20,000 nucleotides of DNA from Spirogloea muscicola (Eukaryota). Location: NCBI GenBank assembly GCA_009602725.1, contig WELB01000027.1, forward strand, positions 890,141-910,140, in the 5' to 3' direction. Below, in pieces: positions 13,140 through 20,000 of the stretch (position 1 is its first letter; each line of letters opens with the position of its first letter). The notes under the pieces were generated by a model. It was not told the origin of the DNA and searched no databases. It saw only the letters and a list, made by a program, of their open reading frames with translations. Both the position numbers and the translations under genes were made by a program.

Positions 13140-13684
13140 ATCGAGAAGAATGAGCCTCGCCCACAGAAAGAGGGGCTGGCAGAAGCCAGCCAAAAAAAAC
13201 AAATGGACAAAATTGAAAGAGCCACACCAGGTGCTGAAACGAAGGGAAAACACACAGCTAGGCATCTAGACAACTAGACACAGGCGGAACCATAGAAAGC
13301 TCAATACCCGCGGGTGAGCAACATTAGGTCAGAGTAGCTCGAAGCTGGAAAAGAGAGAGAAGGCGCGCGGGGCACATGAATTGAAAGGGAGGCCAATTCA
13401 AGCCAATACATTGTTCAGGCAGAGTCGAGTGCAGACTAAACAATGCTACATAATACGGAGACCTAATCTAAGGTACCTAAGATGACATTAGTACCCACGG
13501 GTGAGCACAAACAAATCTGACAAGCTAACTTGGGGAGCTGGAGCGCCGCCACGAAAGCCGGAGGCCTGACTTAGAGCGCGCCAGATGGAGGCAGACGAGA
13601 CCCGGAAGCAGCAACGATAGCACGGCCCGCGGGCGAGTGGACGGCATGATTGAGGGAGCGTTGAAGGGACACGGAGAGCCGCCC
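13140..13684 (-). mobile_element. Stack of minus-strand 3' fragments: K (~13140-13330, stop 13301), J (~13400-13590, stop 13488), J2 (~13590-13684)
   Basis: K is the inverted match of copy I. J reads RALSQASG..SLSDLFVLTRGY*. J2 reads RLSVSLQRSLNHAVHSPAGRAIVAASG. Confidence 0.75.
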
Positions 13685-13714
13685 TAAACCTTAAACCCTG
13701 AATATTAAAACACC

Positions 13715-15636
13715 CCCTGCCTCCTTGGATGCGGGTGCGGTGCCCGCCACGCCGACCCTGCGGAGCTGGCGACCCACATGCTCCGTTGTGCCCACGGCGG
13801 CAAGAGAAAGCGCGGCCAGGTTGACTGGTGGCTGGGAAAAGCCAGCCCAAAGGAATGGACAATGTCTGAAGGAGTCGGAGTGCGAAGGACTAGGACTAAG
13901 ACATCAGCCAGGGAACGCTCAGTAACCTCTAGTCAGGAGATGCAAGTCTGAGTAGCTAGCCGGCGGACAGACGTCGCCCTGACGGAAGCCGGAGGCCGCC
14001 GCCAAAGCTCGGCCTGCGCGCAAGTGAACCGCGAAGGCAAGGGACCGCTGCATCGAGACGACCAAACGCATTCAGAAGACTTGAGCGAGGGACCCGGCGA
14101 CGTTAAAGCCGGGCTGCTCGCCCTGCTGCCCGAGGCGGCGGGCCGCTGCACGTCGCGCAAGGCGGTGAAGCAAGTCAAGCCATTTCGAGCCAAAGGCTCC
14201 GTGCACGTCGACTGTCAGTGGAGCAAACTCGTCTCCCACGGGTGGTCCGAGTACTTCCGTTCCTTTTCGCCCGCCGCTTGGCCGACTGCGTAGCCCGCCT
14301 CCGACGACCGTTTGACGCTGCTGGAAACAAAGCAGTCTGTCGTGACAACGTCGGCGATGAGCCGAGGCCCCCCGCCAAGCGCGCTGGCGACGAGGTCGGC
14401 GCGCCGGGTGTGGTTGCGGCCATCCGCCCCAGCGGTCGGAGGCATGACGCTGGTGTTCTTGAGCGCCACAGTAAGACCGGCCTCGACAAAGATGCCAAAC
14501 ATGGCATTCCGCAGCAGGTCGTGTGTTCCTGTCCGCTCCCCGCCCCATGCGCACCTGAGCATGTGAGCGGCGAGAGGACCGGATTCCATGACCTTCTCAG
14601 GGACGGCATGCAGGGTGTCTTCATCGAGGCGGGCTACAAGGAGGCCGTGGAGCACACGTCGATAATGCCCACCGTGCGCGGCGCCGATGGTCAGCTCCAC
14701 ACCCGGCGCGACGACCTAGTCGCCATCCCACCCAGCGGCGGTCCGCGTATCATCGCGGATGTGGTTGACCGCCGACTGTGTCGACTCCACCAACCGCTCC
14801 AAGTCGCCGGCGACCGCTGGGCATGCGGTCGCTTTGGCGGCCCGGGTCAAGGAGCGGAGTATGCAGATCACCCCCCAGGCGATGAATTCGCGACCCTTGC
14901 CATCAACGTCCACGGGGCTTATGGCCAATGTGCCACCAAGGTTGGGTATGCGGTCGCCTGCGCCGCTCGGGCTAACAGGCTCAAGTACGCCGACCATCCG
15001 CGGGAAGACGAGTCCTTCCCGTTGGCGATTGACACTCATGGGGTGCTGGGCGCTCGGTGGCTCGAGCTGCTCACCCAGCTCGCCCGCCACACCATCGCCC
15101 GTCGCTTCCATGGGGAGCCCGTAGACTTTCCTGCAGCCGGGTCGCTGGCGCAAATGTATCGCATGCGCCTGGCCGTCTCGCTGCAGAGGTCTAAGGCTTG
15201 CGCGCTACACCTTCGTGCCGGCCGAGCCCTCGCTGCTGCCTCCGGCTCTGGCCTGGGGACCCCCTTCCAGGAGCCGAGCATCTCTGATCTGCGGCTGCTC
15301 AGCAGGAGTTACTGAGTGATTTGTAGCTGCTTTGTTTCTGTGTGCTTGTTTTTCTTAGCGCAGCGTTAAGGACGCGTTCAATAGCATGACGCTCTGCCTC
15401 ACCCAGTTGTTGAGCAACCGAATCGGTGGTAAACATATCGTTGCCATGTTATTTGAATTGTTGTGCAGTAACCTCTGCCTTGATAAGTACGTAAATATCG
15501 CTCTAGGAGTCCGGTTCGAATGCTAAGAAAGCCAGACGGGCACTACAGCACTTTCCCGGGCTCCCTTCTTGTACCTTGAAGTTAATGGGCTGGCTTTTCC
15601 AGCTCCTATCCTCAATGGGCGAGCACTTTTTTCTTA
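13715..15636 (+). mobile_element. Copy M (host): zinc-finger part 13715-13807, interrupted by copy L, resumes at 14567, stop at 15315, 3' UTR to ~15636
   Basis: The 5' piece reads CGCGARHADPAELATHMLRCAHGGKR. The 3' piece reads GERTGFHDLLRD..IEAG..RRDDLVAIPPSGGPRIIADVV..RMRLAVSLQRS..SDLRLLSRSY*. Confidence 0.8.
13803..14572 (-). mobile_element. Copy L: 5'-truncated RLE element inserted antisense into copy M (stop at 13919)
   Basis: AAHMLRCAWGGERTGTHDLLRNAM..RRADLVASALGGGPRLIADVVT..KERKYSDHP..PLTVDVHGAFGSKWLDLL..SDLHLLTRGY*. Terminal hairpin at 13830-13847. Confidence 0.85.
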
Positions 15637-15643
15637 TGGAAGC

Positions 15644-16179
15644 TTAGGGTTTAGGGTTTAGGGTTTAGGGTTTAGGGTTTAGGGTTTAGGGTTTAGGGTT
15701 TAGGGTTTAGGGTTTAGGGTTTAGGGTTNCCCTAAACCCTAAACCCTAAACCCTAAACCCTAAACCCTAAACCCTAAACCCTAAACCCTAAACCCTAAAC
15801 CCTAAACCCTAAACCCTAAACCCTAAACCCTAAACCCTAAACCCTAAACCCTAAACCCTAAACCCTAAACCCTAAACCCTAAACCCTAAACCCTAAACCC
15901 TAAACCCTAAACCCTAAACCCTAAACCCTAAACCCTAAACCCTAAACCCTAAACCCTAAACCCTAAACCCTAAACCCTAAACCCTAAACCCTAAACCCTA
16001 AACCCTAAACCCTAAACCCTAAACCCTAAACCCTAAACCCTAAACCCTAAACCCTAAACCCTAAACCCTAAACCCTAAACCCTAAACCCTAAACCCTAAA
16101 CCCTAAACCCTAAACCCTAAACCCTAAACCCTAAACCCTAAACCCTAAACCCTAAACCCTAAACCCTAAACCCTAAACC
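15644..16179. repeat. Telomeric repeat arrays joined end to end: (TTTAGGG)n 15644-15728, single N at 15729, (CCCTAAA)n 15730-16179
   Basis: Perfect Arabidopsis-type heptamer repeats, about 12 and about 64 units. Confidence 0.97.
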
Positions 16180-16849
16180 ATACGTGGATCGCAATTAGGT
16201 AGCATTGTCAAGGTTTTAGTGTCTAGGCTCCCTACTTCCCTCCCAGATATCAAATAGCACTCGTGCAGCAATTACAATGCAAATATTAATCAAGTTAGCA
16301 AGTGGTTCGTCTGATTGGTGAAGTTGAACGTGAAAGGATTGCCAGCGTCCACTGGCTAGACTTAATAGGATCTAGAAACAAGTAGTCTTGTTTAATATGC
16401 AAACAGTTACAATTCGTATGCGGCTTCACATGATTGTTGTCTACTTGTTGCCTCCGATGGTATGTTGGACGCAGAATGAATCCCACTTCATCAGATAGTC
16501 ACTCGCAATTGAGCAAGATGTGCTACCCCATGGTATACACAGCGGAGGCAGGCTTGCTGCCAGGCAATGAATAATCATATAGAGGACTACTTGCGTGCTG
16601 CAGAATGGATTGGGGCTCAAATGGGGCCACCATGTTGACCCCGTTGGGACAAGCAATGAATGGGTTGTATGAGTTTGTTAGCTCGAGGAAGCTTCGAGTG
16701 GCAAGGACTCTGAATATGTCTGCAATACCCTCTTAGCTGAGAGCGAAGCTAAGATTGGTATGCTCCTCTCCCCATCTGAGATGGCCGTCAATGCCAGGCC
16801 CAACGTCATGCGTTCTTTCTGTTTATGTGTGCTGCCACCATTGGACTTC

Positions 16850-19774
16850 TCATGCTACACCTACCGGCTCAGCAAGGTCAGGTGCAGATAAGAATCCGCT
16901 TGTCGCTGTTGCAGCATCTGCCTCATCAAGCTGGGATGCAGCTGGTGCAACGGGAGGGATGGCATCAACCTTGTATCTGACAGTCTGTCACCATACAGGG
17001 CCTTGCCAGCAGTCAATCACCCCGACCAGACAGGGGAAAAGGGTATGGTCAATGGCAGGGAGACTCAAGGCTAGCATGTTGCTGAAGAGTCTGGAGCCGG
17101 AGAGACAATGTTTTCTCTTTCAGAATGTGCAACGAAGACCGACCTTCTTGTTGATGTAAGAGTAGCTGTTGTCCCAGACCAATCGATAACTCCCTACTCC
17201 TGGGGCATAGAAGTTGCCCTGCAGACAAGCTTGGAGTTTGGCTTTAGCTGAGGCCTTGGAATTCAAAAGAGAAGACATTGTCAGAAGACATTGCTGCCAG
17301 GCGCAGACGATATTGTCTGACCAAAGTGGATGAAGGGCCAATTGTTGTTGACCACACGTACCTGGTGGAACTCCAGTCTTTGATATGGTAACATTCCCTG
17401 TCTCATCAACACAAGGATCAGTACGGACGCAGTCACTGCACTGACAAGTCCTTCATGAATTCGATCAATTGTGCGCAGGCTCATCTAAGGGTACTCTCAG
17501 TTGCACATGACCAAGCTTAAGCAATCTGAGGAGTCCAGCTTCGTTGTACCACAAGCACAAGTGATGTTGCAAATAAGCATTTACAAAACCAATGTCTGCA
17601 TAAAAAGACTGCCGGCACATGAGGTGCTACAAGTAAGGCAAGGCAGCACACCATCTTGTTCCCCTGAGCATCTTCGAACTCCACACTGAACCCAACATCC
17701 TGCAGACCAACAAACATTGATCACTTCGATCATTGCTGACCATGCAAGTCTTGCTGTCTCCTTCCAAGCTGTATTCTGAAAGTGATTGTTGAGATTCTCT
17801 CAAAAGCAGCACCACTTGTGATACCTTTCCATAAGTCAACTTGAAGTCCCAAGCAACCATGCAACCTTCGCACTCGACAGTCAGCAAGACCTGTCGAAAT
17901 GGCACAAACCACCATCAGGGACCTCAGCCAATGGGCGCATGCATCGAGAGCCTGTAGCACTTCAAGCTCTGCAAGCACAGAAGGAGCCATTGTGCTAGGC
18001 AACATAGTCAAGGATGCTGCAGCAGCAGCATCATCAAACTGCTGAAGTCGAAGGAAGATTGCTGCACCTCGTGCTTTGACCCATTCAGAATGGTAGTCTC
18101 CTTGAAGTCATCAACAGCAGCTCTGTGAGAGCGATGCGAAATGTCAGCAGGCCAGGCAACCCCCGTGGCATGTTGTCCTGCGATGTGCCCAAGTTTGCAA
18201 ACAGCAGGAAAGATGGTGGCAACCTTGAGGCGAAGCAGCAAATCAGACAATATAGACCACAAGTATTTCAAGTAGCAGACCAGGTTGCCGAAGATTAGGT
18301 CTTACGCATCGTCAGCTGGAATAAGGAAAGGTGAGTTCTCGAAAATGGTTCTGCAAGCAGAGCATCACTGCTGTCACCTTAGGCTACTGTAATCGCAGAG
18401 TATCACTTCCTTGATGTCCTGGCAAGCCATGCCCTTGTGTCAAAGAAAAACGGCTGAGCACTCTAGATACCATACCTGCTTGCGTCCAGATATCTCACCT
18501 CAAGGTGGTTGTGAACCGGGTAAACTCTGCACAGTACAACGTGACACCTTCTTCCAGGATCTGAGTGTACTCGACTGCATTCCTGTTCCACAGTAATGAG
18601 AGGTGATAGTTATATACCTCACCGCCATGTGTCCCGCCGTCAACAAATTGATTGTGTAGCCAGAGGTATGGCCAGAGTCATTTAAGTGAAAGATGCAGGA
18701 CAAGCATTCATTGTCCAAAACTACAATGAGGTGTCAAGGTATGGGTACAAATGCACTCTTGCCCAAACCCCAATCCAGAGGACGTTTGAGGATGTTGTAT
18801 GCTCACTGGCTTACTTCGTCGAAAACTGCCCACCAGAGAGCCAGGAAGATCCGAAGTCGAGTGACAAACTCAGTCAGCTCGTAAAGAGGAGGTCCGTAGC
18901 GGTCGCGCTGCTCTTCCATGGGCCTACATGAGCAGCAGTCCGTCGTGAGCTGAAAGGCTCCAATCTGGCTGAGTATAGCTGTCTTGACATGCTGAGATTG
19001 CAGATTGCAGGAGTGCAAGGCATTGGCCATCTCCAACGGGAATTCCCAGACAAGATAGAGGCCGCACTCCCTACCAACGGAACGACTTGTAAGCGGCTCA
19101 ACTGAGGCAGTCTTAGCATCTCGCTTCCAACCAACCTGTAGAACACTGCAAGAGAGCAGTATCTTACCCATTGTGATCGTTGATCTGCCTCACAAAGTCC
19201 AGTAGCACCTACATTGCAAGGGCCCTAGATGAGTTGTGCATTGCCCAAGGTATTGCTTCAATCAACTTTCGGGCCGGAGGAGTCGAGGACAGCTATCATG
19301 CTCAGCAACTATGCGCATGCACAGGAGTGGGTAAGATGCTACAGTGAATGGCGTGACTCCACCGGATAGCTATGCAGGAAGTGCCGGTGTGTTTCACCTG
19401 CGGCACCCCCACCAGATACTTGACCAGTGTTCGGTATACACCAGTAGCAGATCCAAGAGATGCCAATGTTCGCCTTCTGCAAGAGTAGGAGATCATTGAT
19501 TGAGCTTATATACAGACCATTGATGACCTGCGTGGCTATCGACAGGCCAGAGGTTCCAGAGCCCTCAGCAAGACCTCACCAGATCGAGGGCCCTTACTCG
19601 ACTGGCAACACAATAGAGCAGATGGCACCTTCCGTACCTGTCCATCTGCTGGTTCCAGAGCAGCGCGTACTTTTGAGCAATGGTGCCCCCTGAAGCCACC
19701 AAGGCGTCCACCTCGGCCTGCCTTCGCAGCTCTGAGCGTGTCCGCTGTGTCTTGATCAGGGTGCCCCGGAAGTC
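16850..19774 (-). CDS. Plant GOLD-domain protein (conserved emp24/gp25L/p24-GOLD family type), multi-exon, 5' partial
   Basis: Exons DFRGTLIKTQRTRSE..KYALLWNQQMDR / RRTLASLGSATGVYRTLVKYLVGVPQ / VLLDFVRQINDHNG / PMEEQRDRYGPPLYELT, then GOLD motifs VAWDFKL, DVGFSVEF, GNFYAPGVGSYRLVWDNSYSYINKK / TVRYKVDAIPP..*. TGA at 16850. Confidence 0.85.
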
Positions 19775-19852
19775 CTGAGGCATGTATGTGATGACTGCAG
19801 GGGCACAGGGGATGGAGCTTAGCTGAGCCCATGCGGCAACCATGTCAACTGA

Positions 19853-20000
<148 letters not shown>

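Noticed and set aside
14218..15315. 365-aa ORF as an intact nuclease gene
   Set aside because: The first third is the antisense strand of copy L, and the rest has frame-shifted and duplicated segments; it is a composite fossil.
15510..15525. B-box-like GGTTCGAAT in the copy M tail
   Set aside because: No clear A box or cloverleaf, and not seen in other tails.
15644..16179. CRISPR array or other prokaryotic repeat system
   Set aside because: Spacer-less heptamer telomere repeat in a spliced eukaryotic context; no cas-like ORFs.

Overview
GC-rich, intron-containing eukaryotic DNA with plant-type telomere repeats (TTTAGGG), most consistent with a compact green alga or streptophyte alga (inference). 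Host genes: the 3' part of a GH3 beta-glucosidase (+), ATP11 (-), mitochondrial ribosomal protein L3 (-, 5' end lost at a poly-T run and assembly gap), tRNA-Thr(UGU) (-), 3-hydroxyisobutyrate dehydrogenase (-) and a GOLD-domain protein (-, 5' partial). Several intergenic regions are packed with about 15 RT-less 3' fragments of several diverged subfamilies of one non-LTR retrotransposon type with a CCHC zinc finger and restriction-like endonuclease (CRE-like). Their ORFs end in SDLxxLTRGY*, and many 3' ends have a GGCTGG-loop-CCAGCC hairpin, then TGGGCGMGC and a pyrimidine tract, with no poly(A). The copies are nested in each other, often antisense. The clearest case splits a host copy at its zinc finger with a TSD-like duplication, and that host's 3' end runs almost directly into a (TTTAGGG)n-N-(CCCTAAA)n telomere array. 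Element boundaries are approximate, read by eye.
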